Positions 40,861-50,767 of a DNA stretch of 64,000 nt are shown here, piece by piece. The notes below the pieces were generated by a model. It saw only the letters and a program-made list of their open reading frames with translations. It did not search any database and had not been told where the DNA came from. The translations under genes and the position numbers were made by a program. This DNA comes from Escherichia phage 172-1: the sequence record NC_028903.1; one strand, given 5' to 3'. Positions within the stretch are counted from its first letter, which is position 1; every line of letters begins with the position of its first letter.

Positions 40861-41070
40861 TTAATATTCTTTTACATAATAAACCACTAAGGTTCCCATC
40901 TCTGACAATGTTGATTTATGTAAGCTTACTTTACTATAAATCTTTGGGGCCATCTTAAGAGCCTTCTTAAAACGGCGAGCATCTTTACGAGTAGCAAAGT
41001 GCTCTGTAACAGGTATAGCCGGGTCTTGGTAGAGGTAATATACCACCGTCCAATATTTTTTCATAATCAA
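40861..41070 (-). CDS. small protein, paralog family B
   Basis: MKK.W.V ... TRK.ARRFKK ... VYY pattern shared with 42925, 43134, 43343. Confidence 0.4.
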   Translation of the reverse strand: MIMKKYWTVVYYLYQDPAIPVTEHFATRKDARRFKKALKMAPKIYSKVSLHKSTLSEMGTLVVYYVKEY

Positions 41071-41393
41071 ACACCTAGGGCAGTAGTTAAGAATGCTTTC
41101 AGGTTTGCTTCGGTCTGCATACCAGAGAGACTATAGTGTGCACCACTATTACGGTCAGGTACAACGAAAGCAGGGATGCTTCTTACACCATACTTAACAG
41201 CTTGTTCACGACCATCACCTTCAAGGATGTTAATCTCTTCTACTTCTACATCGAACTCCTTAACAACCTTCTCAAAGGTAGGAGCCATTGCTTTACATGG
41301 AGCACACTGATCACTATAAAACTTAATCACTTTAGACATTCTATTCCTTGTTAATAAACAGGTTGATATGACGTTGGGTAGCAGGAACAACAA
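41067..41393 (-). CDS. thioredoxin-like protein
   Basis: CAPC active-site motif in a 108-aa thioredoxin-sized ORF. Confidence 0.6.
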   Translation of the reverse strand: MLFLLPNVISTCLLTRNRMSKVIKFYSDQCAPCKAMAPTFEKVVKEFDVEVEEINILEGDGREQAVKYGVRSIPAFVVPDRNSGAHYSLSGMQTEANLKAFLTTALGV

Positions 41394-41529
41394 TAAAAGA
41401 TTTATACTGACCTTTTGCTAAGTCATGAGCAATCTTCTTTGTCTGACCAAGACCCATCACACAGCCACTAACAATAATGGCGTGTGCTTGCAACTCTTCA
41501 GGGAGTTTTAGTTTCATTCTTCAGGTTCC

Positions 41530-41715
41530 TTACAGCATAGCAAGAATGATAATAAGAGGTAATGTTATAGCGAAATTAATAAGAACAGCGCTGCCTAGCT
41601 TGATAGCTTTAACATCCTCTTCTGATGGGTTTTCTTTAATTGCTAAATTTCGAGCTTTATATATAACAGTACCAATTATTAACGACCACACGGCCCACAC
41701 AATCAGTGAAATCAT
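41530..41715 (-). CDS. small two-TM membrane protein
   Basis: 61 aa, two hydrophobic helices; paralog of the adjacent unlisted ORF. Confidence 0.4.
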   Translation of the reverse strand: MISLIVWAVWSLIIGTVIYKARNLAIKENPSEEDVKAIKLGSAVLINFAITLPLIIILAML

Positions 41716-41724
41716 ATCAAACCC

Positions 41725-41904
41725 TTATGCAGTCAGGAGGTGAAGCAGGAATGGGATAACAACAGCTACGACAACCATGATGGTTGATGCTGTTTGAATC
41801 TCACCTTTCTTGTCAGGAGTTTCTTCAATAAGCTTGCCAGAAGCCCAATAGATACCACCACCAATAAAGACAGCCCAAATACCCCATACGATTGCTGATA
41901 ACAT
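41725..41904 (-). CDS. small two-TM membrane protein (paralog, unlisted)
   Basis: 59-aa ORF MLSAIVWGIWAVFIGGGIYWASGKLIEETPDKKGEIQTASTIMVVVAVVIPFLLHLLTA, similar to 41530..41715. Confidence 0.3.
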   Translation of the reverse strand: MLSAIVWGIWAVFIGGGIYWASGKLIEETPDKKGEIQTASTIMVVVAVVIPFLLHLLTA

Positions 41905-41965
41905 ATATCTATATCCTTATAAATAAGTTCGCCCCACCTCGGGTTAGGAGACAGGGCGGAGGTTT

Positions 41966-42565
41966 TTAGTAAGACACATCGCCACTTGAGTGGGACATGT
42001 TGCTCTTGACGAAGTAGCAATACTTGCCAAGACCTTCATTAATTTCTTGAAGCATACTCTGATCAACTGGATAAGTGGCTAAATCACCATCAAACTCATC
42101 CATCTTCTCAATAATACACATCAAGGTCATGCACATATCAGAGAGCATACCGTCCATATCTAGGTCAGCATTACCCTCTGAGAACCAAGCATGGGAGAGA
42201 TAATTGGCTGCTGTGGCGTCCACTTTAACACAGTGGTAACGCATACGTTCAGCAATACGATCTCCTACTTGTCGTGCGTAATCTTCCAGCTCATCAAACA
42301 TACCATGAACACCCTGAAATCCTGCACCAGAGACGTTCCAATGGTAGTTTTTAGCTTTGATATGCAAGAGTTCCATGTTAGCTTGTAAGCAGCTCAGGAT
42401 GTGTTCTAGGCTGTTTCCACTAATCATACCCTGCATTGTTTCAAGGCGAGAGATTGAAAGCTCGGACCGGTCTAACATATTGTATTCGACACGACCAATA
42501 TCAGGTAAATCAAAGACATTCTTATGCATTTGGGTTATCTCCATCAAGTTCAACTGAATTAGCAA
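41966..42565 (-). CDS. Dps-like ferritin-fold protein
   Basis: NYHWNVSGAGFQGVHGMFDELEDYARQVGDRIAERM matches the Dps ferroxidase-site region. Confidence 0.6.
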   Translation of the reverse strand: MLIQLNLMEITQMHKNVFDLPDIGRVEYNMLDRSELSISRLETMQGMISGNSLEHILSCLQANMELLHIKAKNYHWNVSGAGFQGVHGMFDELEDYARQVGDRIAERMRYHCVKVDATAANYLSHAWFSEGNADLDMDGMLSDMCMTLMCIIEKMDEFDGDLATYPVDQSMLQEINEGLGKYCYFVKSNMSHSSGDVSY

Positions 42566-42851
42566 CGTTACGTTCGATGTTTGCCATCACTTGCTGCGTT
42601 ATGACAATACAGTTCTGTGGGTCTACTGACTTAGAACGCCCCATTTCAGGGTCATACACCTTAACTCGCTTAGCAGTTGAACCTGTAACCTGAAGAACCT
42701 TCAACAGATATCCCTGATTACCAATAGACCAAGCAACAACATCACGATTCTTGATAAAGCGACCAAGCATATCACGATGATAAAACTGTTGCATCACCTT
42801 GGATTTTGTAATCTCTTCAGTGGGCGGGGCCACTTTACTCAAATCTAACAT
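42522..42851 (-). CDS. hypothetical protein
   Basis: 109-aa ORF; AAATGTATA motif about 41 nt upstream (42892-42900, reverse). Confidence 0.35.
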   Translation of the reverse strand: MLDLSKVAPPTEEITKSKVMQQFYHRDMLGRFIKNRDVVAWSIGNQGYLLKVLQVTGSTAKRVKVYDPEMGRSKSVDPQNCIVITQQVMANIERNVANSVELDGDNPNA

Positions 42852-42924
42852 AACTCTCTCCTGTAAAAATACAAATTCTTATTGTACTCTATATACATTT
42901 GAGAGTTACCATATCTACTACCAA

Positions 42925-43134
42925 TCAGTAGTAAACATTCCGAGATAGCATACAAGTACTTTCTGAGAATTCAACCCAACGGTGTATGCTAACATGCTCA
43001 ACCGTACCGACCAGAGCTTTCATATTCTTTTTAGCAATACGAGCCTCTTTGCGAGTGTTAAACAGTTTGATATTATCTTTTCCCAAGTGTTGCTCGTGAT
43101 TCCAAACAACACGAATAGCCCACATCTTTTTCAT
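42925..43134 (-). CDS. small protein, paralog family B
   Basis: tandem paralog (..TRKEARIAKKNMK ... VYY). Confidence 0.45.
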   Translation of the reverse strand: MKKMWAIRVVWNHEQHLGKDNIKLFNTRKEARIAKKNMKALVGTVEHVSIHRWVEFSESTCMLSRNVYY

Positions 43135-43343
43135 CAGTAGTGTACCTTTCCGCTGATATAAACACGACCAGAGGAATACTCTCTGGCCTTATGAATACTG
43201 ATGCTCTTGATCATATCTATATTAAACATGGACTTTTTAAAATCTCGAGCTTGTTGGCGAGTAGGTAGTGCAGTCATAGTCATACCGCCTGATGCCCACT
43301 TAATCTTTGCTAACCAAAACTGTCTCATAGTGATTGGTCTCAT
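43134..43343 (-). CDS. small protein, paralog family B
   Basis: tandem paralog (..TRQQARDFKKSM ... VHY). Confidence 0.45.
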   Translation of the reverse strand: MRPITMRQFWLAKIKWASGGMTMTALPTRQQARDFKKSMFNIDMIKSISIHKAREYSSGRVYISGKVHY

Positions 43344-43540
43344 TAATAATAAACCTTGCTGTTGGCAAAAAGAGCACCTTCGTTATTCACAATAGCTTTT
43401 CCTATTGTAACCTTATTGAGTCTAAAAGTAGACTTGTATTGGTTTTTGACCCTACGGGCGTGTTCTCGAGTATTAACAAAATCTACAGCTACTAACTCTC
43501 CAGTCGTGTTATCATGTACACGAACAATCCACTTTTTCAT
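43343..43540 (-). CDS. small protein, paralog family B
   Basis: tandem paralog (..TREHARRVKNQYK ... VYY). Confidence 0.45.
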   Translation of the reverse strand: MKKWIVRVHDNTTGELVAVDFVNTREHARRVKNQYKSTFRLNKVTIGKAIVNNEGALFANSKVYY

Positions 43541-43743
43541 TTTACTAAACCCTTCATAAAGTTATAAAGATCATTAGAGGCTTTACCCCATTCAAGGTGC
43601 TTCTTATCCATATAGCTCTTACATGCTTCTTTACTACTTTCGACGCATATATCAAATTGATGACATGCTCGACCAAATGTCATAGCTTTTAATTGAACCT
43701 CGGTAGTCAAACCTTTCAGTTCTTGGAACTCTTCTTCAGTCAT
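43537..43743 (-). CDS. hypothetical small protein
   Basis: 68-aa ORF. Confidence 0.35.
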   Translation of the reverse strand: MTEEEFQELKGLTTEVQLKAMTFGRACHQFDICVESSKEACKSYMDKKHLEWGKASNDLYNFMKGLVK

Positions 43744-44277
43744 TTACACACCCTTAGATGCAACAACACCTTCAGAGTTATTATAACGACCCTTCACTGC
43801 ATAGGAATGTTCCCCTGCATGAGAGTGCTCAAACATCACCATCTGACCAACACGCATACCAGCACGAACTCGTAAGCTATGATGCTTGGTTACGTTGTGG
43901 AATTCAAACGTCAGCTTACTGCTATTAAATCCAGCATCAGCCCATCCAGCATGTAGGTGGTTCAAACCACAACGAGCCATAGATGAACGAAGAACAAACA
44001 GGCTTGAGATATTATCTGGAAGATTAAACTCCTCCATGGAGTGAGCCAAGAAGAACTGACCCGGAGTGATAACCAAACCCTCTTCAGGAATCTTTACTTC
44101 CTTCCACTGAAGATTTTCTTTCGCATCAATATCAACGATGCCATCAGCCTGTTCTTCAACAAGGATAGTATCACCAATACGGATATCCACACTAGCAGCG
44201 TTAACATACTTATGCTCCGCATCCAGATAGCCATTGTCAATTACATCGTGCAGTTCAACACTTCCTAGTAAACTCAT
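43744..44277 (-). CDS. dCTP deaminase / dUTPase-family protein
   Basis: VDIRIGD ... ITPGQFFLAHSMEEFNLP ... LRSSMARCGLNH ... FEFHN ... GMRVGQMVMFEH parallels E. coli Dcd. Confidence 0.7.
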   Translation of the reverse strand: MSLLGSVELHDVIDNGYLDAEHKYVNAASVDIRIGDTILVEEQADGIVDIDAKENLQWKEVKIPEEGLVITPGQFFLAHSMEEFNLPDNISSLFVLRSSMARCGLNHLHAGWADAGFNSSKLTFEFHNVTKHHSLRVRAGMRVGQMVMFEHSHAGEHSYAVKGRYNNSEGVVASKGV

Positions 44278-44286
44278 TCTTATTCC

Positions 44287-45699
44287 TTAGTTATTTGTTT
44301 CCATGTCAAAAGAGATTCCACGACCCGCTTCATCGGCAAACCGAACTGTACGGGTTTGAGGCTGCAATACTTCAGGGTTATCAGCAACAAAGCGATCAGC
44401 GAGACTGCGGCTGACGGTCTCAGCTAATTCACCATGAGAAGGGATATTAAGATCGGCGAGATTATCAACCACATCTTGGGCCACGTCTTCATCAGTCCAT
44501 ACAGCCCTAACAGGTGCGTTGAAACTCTGACCAGAGAACTGGTGACGGCTAACAGTCAAACCATTTGATTGACCATTAGAACGTCTAGACAACCACTGCT
44601 CAAATGAATCGCCAGTAACACCAAGAGCTTCTTCAAAAGATGTTCTACGAGTAGAGCTTAGATTTCGTGCTTCGTTTGCTCGACGTCTTGCAGGGGCTAC
44701 AAACACCCCTTCAACTGCATTGTGCCGATTAGGTTCATCTTCTCGACCAAGGAGATCTCCTCCTGTATTAGTTGTTAAGTTTGTCAACCCTTCAGACCAA
44801 TATGCACGAATCTGGCTAGAGCCATGAACACTTGACATTAACTGAATCTCTTCGTAAGGTATTCCAAAGAATAGACTCATGTCTCGGTTAACACAGTATT
44901 GAGCACTTGTTGTATCCTCAATAAGAGAAACCTGACCTAATCCATTAACCAGATGACTAACTGGCTGAGGTGTAGGAAGGTATCGAGTTTGGGCCATATA
45001 TTGATATGCAACAGATGGAGCTGAGAATCTTAACACTTGTGAATTAGGCCACTTTTTGTGAACGTATCTGATTTCACGACTAGAAACAACCACAGGGCAA
45101 GGAGCGGTCATAGCTAAATATCCATGAGGAGTCATGAATAGGTTGTCAAGAGTCATCGCACCACGGCACATCATAGGAAAATTATCCAATACCTCTTCAA
45201 TAGAAGTAGGATAATTAAACATGAATTGAATGCGGGTTCCATTCCACTGAAACTCAATAATATCAGTGAATGTTAATTGAGAACCCCCAGCATATGATTC
45301 GTTTGTAGCTTCAGCAAGAAGGGATGCATACTCGATATCTTGTGATTCAAGCCACTCTTTCACATTGCTTTCAATCTCTCGTCCAAGAGCTTGCCAATGA
45401 TCAACTGTAGTGAAAGTATTTTGAGTCCCTGGCGTCTGTCCTCTGACAACGAAGATATCAATATCGTGAGGTGCTATGTTATTAAGCACGGCATCACGAA
45501 CAGCCCCACCAGTAATGATAGGGCAAATGCCGTCTGGAATCAAGTTGTTGTTAATCAACTGTTCAATGAAGTGACGACCAACAGTGATATCAGGTTGTTG
45601 AGCAACCTTATCTTCAATTCGGTTAATCGGGATAACAATCATTTTACATTTTCCAATATAATGAAGGTGGGTCGTAAGGGTCAAATCCCGTGAGTTCAC
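44287..45699 (-). CDS. nucleotidyltransferase, CCA-adding enzyme / poly(A) polymerase-like head domain
   Basis: [23 protein letters not shown] matches the class II NTase signature GGxVRD...DxD. Confidence 0.55.
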   Translation of the reverse strand: MNSRDLTLTTHLHYIGKCKMIVIPINRIEDKVAQQPDITVGRHFIEQLINNNLIPDGICPIITGGAVRDAVLNNIAPHDIDIFVVRGQTPGTQNTFTTVDHWQALGREIESNVKEWLESQDIEYASLLAEATNESYAGGSQLTFTDIIEFQWNGTRIQFMFNYPTSIEEVLDNFPMMCRGAMTLDNLFMTPHGYLAMTAPCPVVVSSREIRYVHKKWPNSQVLRFSAPSVAYQYMAQTRYLPTPQPVSHLVNGLGQVSLIEDTTSAQYCVNRDMSLFFGIPYEEIQLMSSVHGSSQIRAYWSEGLTNLTTNTGGDLLGREDEPNRHNAVEGVFVAPARRRANEARNLSSTRRTSFEEALGVTGDSFEQWLSRRSNGQSNGLTVSRHQFSGQSFNAPVRAVWTDEDVAQDVVDNLADLNIPSHGELAETVSRSLADRFVADNPEVLQPQTRTVRFADEAGRGISFDMETNN

Positions 45700-46198
45700 A
45701 CAAGTATTTATAAACCTTAACGGTTAAGTTAACGTCCTGTTCACAGTAAGTAAACATATCTTCAGTGAAAGCATCCCATGCTTCCTCTTGCTCACCGTAG
45801 TCTCCTTTAAGTTCCTCTAAGAACTCACCCCATTGCTTCAAACCATGACCTCTTGGGCCATGTCTAGGGTCACCTTTCGGATACTCAGGACTGTCACCAA
45901 TACGGTCAGGTTTAAGATATCGACTAAGACACAAGGTGTCGAAGACGTTAAAACGATAGTCGATCAGATTGGGATACATCTTCTTCAGAGCACAAAGGTC
46001 GAAGTCAATAATATTATGACCTACGAGCACATCAGCTTCTGTAAGTTTACGAATCCCATCTTCAATTTGGTGAGGCCGATAGCCCCACCTTTCACCAGTT
46101 TCAACATCGAAGATGTAAATACACCACACTTTAGTTATGTCATCGTACAGTGCATTACTCTCGATATCAAATGCAAACACTTTCTTTTTCTTTACCAC
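45644..46198 (-). CDS. 3'-5' exonuclease (DEDDy, DNA polymerase proofreading-like)
   Basis: Exo I FAFDIES, Exo II HNIIDFD, Exo III YCEQD. Confidence 0.65.
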   Translation of the reverse strand: MVKKKKVFAFDIESNALYDDITKVWCIYIFDVETGERWGYRPHQIEDGIRKLTEADVLVGHNIIDFDLCALKKMYPNLIDYRFNVFDTLCLSRYLKPDRIGDSPEYPKGDPRHGPRGHGLKQWGEFLEELKGDYGEQEEAWDAFTEDMFTYCEQDVNLTVKVYKYLCELTGFDPYDPPSLYWKM

Positions 46199-47982
46199 GG
46201 TGAAGCTCCATCTGCTTGATTGACGAGAGAAGCTGCATCCTCTCCGTTAGTCAAAACGAATGGATTATCTTCATCAACTTCAAAGTCTTCCCTTTCTACA
46301 AGTCTACCGGTTTCGCTGATATACTTAGTATAACAGACACCCGTCTGACCATAGTTACGTTCTTTCAGTAATCGAATGACTGAGAGGTTCTTAGCTAAGC
46401 CGTCAGCTTGCTTATCACGCTCAAAGCCAATGATACACTGACACCAACGCATAAGAGAACGAGAGCCAGTGAACTGTACTTCACGTACCTGTCCACCTTC
46501 TTCGTGAGGAGCACCACCTGCCGGAGCATTAAGGTGAGATAGCACGAAAGCGGTAAAGTCTAATTCTTTACACATACCAGCAAGCTCGGAAGCAATCTTA
46601 CTGATTTCAGTGTTAATCTCTGAAGGTGTTAAATGAGATACCAGAGCGGTAATGTTATCAAGAATGATGAACTTACACTGGTTTTCAACTACCCAGAAAC
46701 GGATACACTGTTTAATATCTTCCCATTCGTTCTGCCCAAAGTTGTCATACAAGAAGAATTTGTCTGCATAACGAAGTGCTTCATTACGCAAATCCTCCTC
46801 GTCATATTCAACATCGGGTCGGTGGAAAGGAATTGATGCTGACTTACCAGCGATGTTCTTAACAGACATGCCTACCTTCTCTTCCAAGAAGAAGCCACCC
46901 CCATTAAAGCCATGCTCTAAGCACAGATGAGCAACCAGTTCGTGAGCAATTAGTGTTTTACCACTACCTACACCACCACCGATGGCTACTACCTCTCCCC
47001 ATCGAATACCGAAGGTCATCTCATTAAGAGTTTTCCACGGATATGGAATACCCCACTCCGCTTTCTTCAGAGCATCATCAAGGCAATCAAAGATTGTTAC
47101 AGCACCAGCAGGAGATTCCCGCTTTGCTGAATACTTGAGAATGTTGAATAACTCTTGACCACGACCAGACAGAAGCATGTCATTCGCATCCTTAATCTCT
47201 TTCTCCACACCGTTGTATGGGAAAGTTCCTTTAGGAATACGAGCAAACTTGACATGAGGGAATAAAGAACGACCTTTTGTTAAAGCTATCTCACCTGCAT
47301 CGTCATTGTCCATGCAGAGCACAACCTCCTCAAAACCATTTACGAAGTCTCGATTACGAGACAACACAGAAGAGATTGAACCTGCACCGAACGGTAAAGA
47401 AACACATGCTGGCTTAATATTTGTTGCATTTGTAAAAGCTGTAAGGACATGGAAACCAGACATACAAGATAGCGGGTCTTCAAAAATAAACAGCTTCTTG
47501 TTGTACACATCTCCACGTTGAGCTTGTGCCATACCAAATAAGTCTGCTTCTTTCACACTGCCAACGTAATAAAACTTCTTACTATCTAGCAGCTTAACCT
47601 CGTAACCAACAATGTTTCCATCACGTTCACGAGGAAAGAAGTAGCTGTCTGGAGTCTGACCATCAGTCTGACTTAGACCAATGCGACACTCAAAACGCTC
47701 TGATACAGCTTTAGGGATTAAACGTCGAGTAAGTTCACCCTGAGGAAGCTCTAAGCAATCATCTAAGACTTCTCTCAATTCTTCAGGGGATAACTCTTTC
47801 TTCTCGTTTGGAGTGGGTGTAGTGCCCTTTTCGAACACTTCGTAATTCCCACAACGGTTACAACTTCCCCACTCCTCACCTGTCTCTTCGTTACGGAAGA
47901 GAATCATGTGGTTGTGGGTTTTATCACGACCATGAGAGATACATTCCTTACAACCTGTGTCTCCCAAAATGATCTTTGACAT
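46192..47982 (-). CDS. DNA primase-helicase
   Basis: N-terminal Cys4 zinc ribbon (CKEC...CNRC), central primase region, C-terminal Walker [10 protein letters not shown] helicase. Confidence 0.8.
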   Translation of the reverse strand: MSKIILGDTGCKECISHGRDKTHNHMILFRNEETGEEWGSCNRCGNYEVFEKGTTPTPNEKKELSPEELREVLDDCLELPQGELTRRLIPKAVSERFECRIGLSQTDGQTPDSYFFPRERDGNIVGYEVKLLDSKKFYYVGSVKEADLFGMAQAQRGDVYNKKLFIFEDPLSCMSGFHVLTAFTNATNIKPACVSLPFGAGSISSVLSRNRDFVNGFEEVVLCMDNDDAGEIALTKGRSLFPHVKFARIPKGTFPYNGVEKEIKDANDMLLSGRGQELFNILKYSAKRESPAGAVTIFDCLDDALKKAEWGIPYPWKTLNEMTFGIRWGEVVAIGGGVGSGKTLIAHELVAHLCLEHGFNGGGFFLEEKVGMSVKNIAGKSASIPFHRPDVEYDEEDLRNEALRYADKFFLYDNFGQNEWEDIKQCIRFWVVENQCKFIILDNITALVSHLTPSEINTEISKIASELAGMCKELDFTAFVLSHLNAPAGGAPHEEGGQVREVQFTGSRSLMRWCQCIIGFERDKQADGLAKNLSVIRLLKERNYGQTGVCYTKYISETGRLVEREDFEVDEDNPFVLTNGEDAASLVNQADGASPW

Positions 47983-48008
47983 GCTCTTCCTCCTTGGAAT
48001 CCTTGAGC

Positions 48009-48212
48009 TTAGTAGAACGAACGAATTTCATCCCACACTTGTTCCTGTTCTTTCCTATAAAAAGAAAGTTGGGTCTTGAACATCTCCACTGATGATTCAA
48101 AGTTTTTAGATTGTGCAGCTTCAACGAAACGTTCATGTCGGTTGATTTTGCACCGTAGCATTAAATACTTGGCTTCAAGTCTCCGAAGAGCCTGTCTTTT
48201 CTCAAGATTCAC
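48009..48212 (-). CDS. hypothetical small protein
   Basis: 67-aa ORF ending 27 nt upstream of the primase start. Confidence 0.3.
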   Translation of the reverse strand: MNLEKRQALRRLEAKYLMLRCKINRHERFVEAAQSKNFESSVEMFKTQLSFYRKEQEQVWDEIRSFY

Positions 48213-48621
48213 TTTTCAGATACTCTGACCAGTCGCCAGATTCAACCAGAACGTCTTGTTCTTCGTCAATGTGATAAATCCAAGCGATAACAGTTTCACC
48301 TGAGTCCAGCTTAACGGCAATCTGGGTGCGTTGATAGAAGCTATCTTCAGGGCTACGTTTGTTGTAACCTTCCAGTCGGTCATATGGACCTTCCAGACCT
48401 GCTTTGTCAGTAGCAAACACTTCTACACGAACAGGCTTATTGTTATTGCTGTGTGCGAGAGAGATGCTTGGGAAGTAGGAACCACCATAACGGAACAGAT
48501 CGAAGTTGTCTTCAGTCCAACCTTCACCGATTGACTTAGCACCAGCTCGGTCATTAACTAAATAGTTAGCTTGACCACGACGAAGAGAACCATAAGTTGC
48601 TACGTAAATTACTTCTGACAT
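48202..48621 (-). CDS. gamma-glutamyl cyclotransferase-like (GGCT/AIG2 family) protein
   Basis: YVATYGSLRRGQANY matches the GGCT-fold YGSL motif. Confidence 0.5.
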   Translation of the reverse strand: MSEVIYVATYGSLRRGQANYLVNDRAGAKSIGEGWTEDNFDLFRYGGSYFPSISLAHSNNNKPVRVEVFATDKAGLEGPYDRLEGYNKRSPEDSFYQRTQIAVKLDSGETVIAWIYHIDEEQDVLVESGDWSEYLKSES

Positions 48622-48690
48622 TATCTATACCTTTGTTGGTTTGTTTAGTTTATCCGAACTAGCCTCCTCTTTCGAAGAGGCTAAAGCAGA

Positions 48691-48876
48691 TTACTCTGTA
48701 ATAAAGATTTTGATTACACCGCAGATTACTTCATCATTAAAAGAAGCAACAACTTCTTTATCCTGACAGAACTCTATCTTATTGTTATAAGAGTTGAAGT
48801 AATCAGCGTCAATATCCATTGCTCGCATTTCGCCAGCTGCATTGGTATCTTTAAACAGAACTTTATATTTATTCAT
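48691..48876 (-). CDS. hypothetical small protein
   Basis: 61-aa ORF. Confidence 0.3.
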   Translation of the reverse strand: MNKYKVLFKDTNAAGEMRAMDIDADYFNSYNNKIEFCQDKEVVASFNDEVICGVIKIFITE

Positions 48877-49121
48877 AGATAAGTTACTCCCTTGTCTTGT
48901 TGTGCTTCAGTGATGATACGTTCTACGCATTCCATAGAGTATTTATCACCACGTTTTAGGAAAGTCACAATTGCGGAGAACTGATTACCAATCATTCGCT
49001 GATTAGTAATACCCCACTCCTCACACAAATTACGCAACTCTTTACGAGAGCCTACAATAAGAGGCTCTTTTTGTTCCATCATTCCATTTTGTACTAGATC
49101 TTCCAATGAAAACATATCCAT
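48873..49121 (-). CDS. hypothetical small protein
   Basis: 82-aa ORF. Confidence 0.3.
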   Translation of the reverse strand: MDMFSLEDLVQNGMMEQKEPLIVGSRKELRNLCEEWGITNQRMIGNQFSAIVTFLKRGDKYSMECVERIITEAQQDKGVTYL

Positions 49122-49127
49122 ATATCC

Positions 49128-50324
49128 TTAGTAGTTTACAACAGTGCCATCATTCAGGGTAAGGCTATTAATCTGCAACACACGACCAAGCTGACGATCA
49201 CTAATTGGTGCGTTCCATCCAGAGCGGTAGAAGTTACGACCACAGAAGAACAAGATCACATTACTTGCTACAGTCGAACCGTTTTCAGGATGCTTGATGT
49301 TAGCGATATAATAGCCACGACGTAGATTACGACGGGTTACCGGGTTGATCTCTAACCCTTGTTCTTCAACTTGCATTGTTTCAGGAACAGGCTCCGAAGA
49401 CTCTTCAGCAACTGGCTCAGCTGACAATGCGAAGTTCTCGTCATCTGCTGATTCAGCAAATTCTTCTTCCACTTCTTCAACAGGCAGTTCGTAAGCAACG
49501 CGGTAGTCAGGATCAACACCAGAGAAGCTCTTAACAAACTCAACAATATTATGAGTGTAAGTTTCTAGAGTTGTTCCAGTCAGGCCCGGAGCTGTATTAA
49601 CTTCCAGAACCCAAGCGTTAGTACCTTTGCTAATCAGGTCAACAGCACCGAAGTTCAAACCCAGAGCAGATACAGCTTTGTGAGCTTGAATCAGAACTTG
49701 ATCAGGAGGCGCTTCAGTGAAGGAGTTAGAATAAACCCAACCAGTGTGATGGTTACGAATATCTTCACGATATGTTGACAGATCGCGATAACCGTTACGA
49801 CGAATCTTCTTCTGAACGTAAGTGATAACGCCTTCGAACACATGAACACGCCATTCACGACGTGGGCCTTGAATACCTTTGGTATATAGAGGGGCACGGG
49901 AAATACCTTCCGTCGGAAGACGAACAATAATACCTTCACCGGAGTGCCCATTTAGGATTCCACGCTCATAAACAATTTCGTTCTGGTTCCAATCTGAAGC
50001 CACACTCTGACTTACGGTATACTCTACAGTAGATACTCCAGCAGCTTCCAAAGTTTGAAAAGCTGTAACCTTATTAGCTGCTCGGTTCAATGCCACTACA
50101 GAGTTCAATACAGTTGCCCCACCAAAGAAAGAATCGTTGTATCGACGGTTTCCGTAGTTGACAACAATATCACCAACCCGAGAACGATAACGAGAACCCT
50201 CTGATACCAGAGACATTACGTTAGCGTTTAAGCGGAGTTCCTGAATCTTAGTGTTAATTGCAGAAGTAAGTTCACGAACTGAATCAGAAGGGCCATAAGG
50301 AAGAACACGGATACGAGTAGTCAT
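49128..50324 (-). CDS. ATP-grasp ligase (RimK-like) with acidic linker and C-terminal domain
   Basis: GAVDLISKGTNAWVLEVNTAPGL matches the ATP-grasp C-terminal motif (GVD..x..VLEVNxxPG). Confidence 0.6.
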   Translation of the reverse strand: MTTRIRVLPYGPSDSVRELTSAINTKIQELRLNANVMSLVSEGSRYRSRVGDIVVNYGNRRYNDSFFGGATVLNSVVALNRAANKVTAFQTLEAAGVSTVEYTVSQSVASDWNQNEIVYERGILNGHSGEGIIVRLPTEGISRAPLYTKGIQGPRREWRVHVFEGVITYVQKKIRRNGYRDLSTYREDIRNHHTGWVYSNSFTEAPPDQVLIQAHKAVSALGLNFGAVDLISKGTNAWVLEVNTAPGLTGTTLETYTHNIVEFVKSFSGVDPDYRVAYELPVEEVEEEFAESADDENFALSAEPVAEESSEPVPETMQVEEQGLEINPVTRRNLRRGYYIANIKHPENGSTVASNVILFFCGRNFYRSGWNAPISDRQLGRVLQINSLTLNDGTVVNY

Positions 50325-50326
50325 TG

Positions 50327-50551
50327 TTAGATACCTTTAAGTTTAAGAATTTCGTTACGAGTTTTTTGAATCTGAGCTTCAATTTCGAAGTAGTCGTTGA
50401 ACGCATCGTTCTCTACTTCATCGGATGGTGCATCAATCAGACCGAAAGCGAACGGATACAGCTTTCGCTGCTCCGTTACTAATTCGATATGAACTCCTAT
50501 GTAATACTGTAGGAGAGTGATCTTCGGTTTCTTAGGAACCAGATTTGACAT
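50327..50551 (-). CDS. hypothetical small protein
   Basis: 74-aa ORF. Confidence 0.3.
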   Translation of the reverse strand: MSNLVPKKPKITLLQYYIGVHIELVTEQRKLYPFAFGLIDAPSDEVENDAFNDYFEIEAQIQKTRNEILKLKGI

Positions 50552-50765
50552 GAGGTTCTACCTTAATGCCTTTGATTTTTACATAATCAGCAAGTACGTT
50601 ATTGATCACCGTTGGGAAAGGAACCTCAACCTGTGTCTCAAGTACTTGACCAATACCAGCTTGCATCCACTTCTGGATTGCACGAAGGTTGTCACATCCT
50701 GTGCTCGTCATCGGGATACGTCGAGTAGTTACAACGTTATCCAGCATCATCTTACGAATTTCCAT
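50532..50765 (-). CDS. hypothetical small protein
   Basis: 77-aa ORF. Confidence 0.3.
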   Translation of the reverse strand: MEIRKMMLDNVVTTRRIPMTSTGCDNLRAIQKWMQAGIGQVLETQVEVPFPTVINNVLADYVKIKGIKVEPHVKSGS

Positions 50766-50767
50766 AC

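Noticed and set aside
41766-42020. 84-aa ORF overlapping the Dps gene 3' end and the small TM paralog
   Set aside because: Overlaps two better-supported genes; the 59-aa frame at 41725..41904 is paralogous to 41530..41715 and is preferred
47948-48136. 62-aa ORF overlapping the primase-helicase start
   Set aside because: Overlaps the primase 5' end in another frame; 48009..48212 fits the gap better
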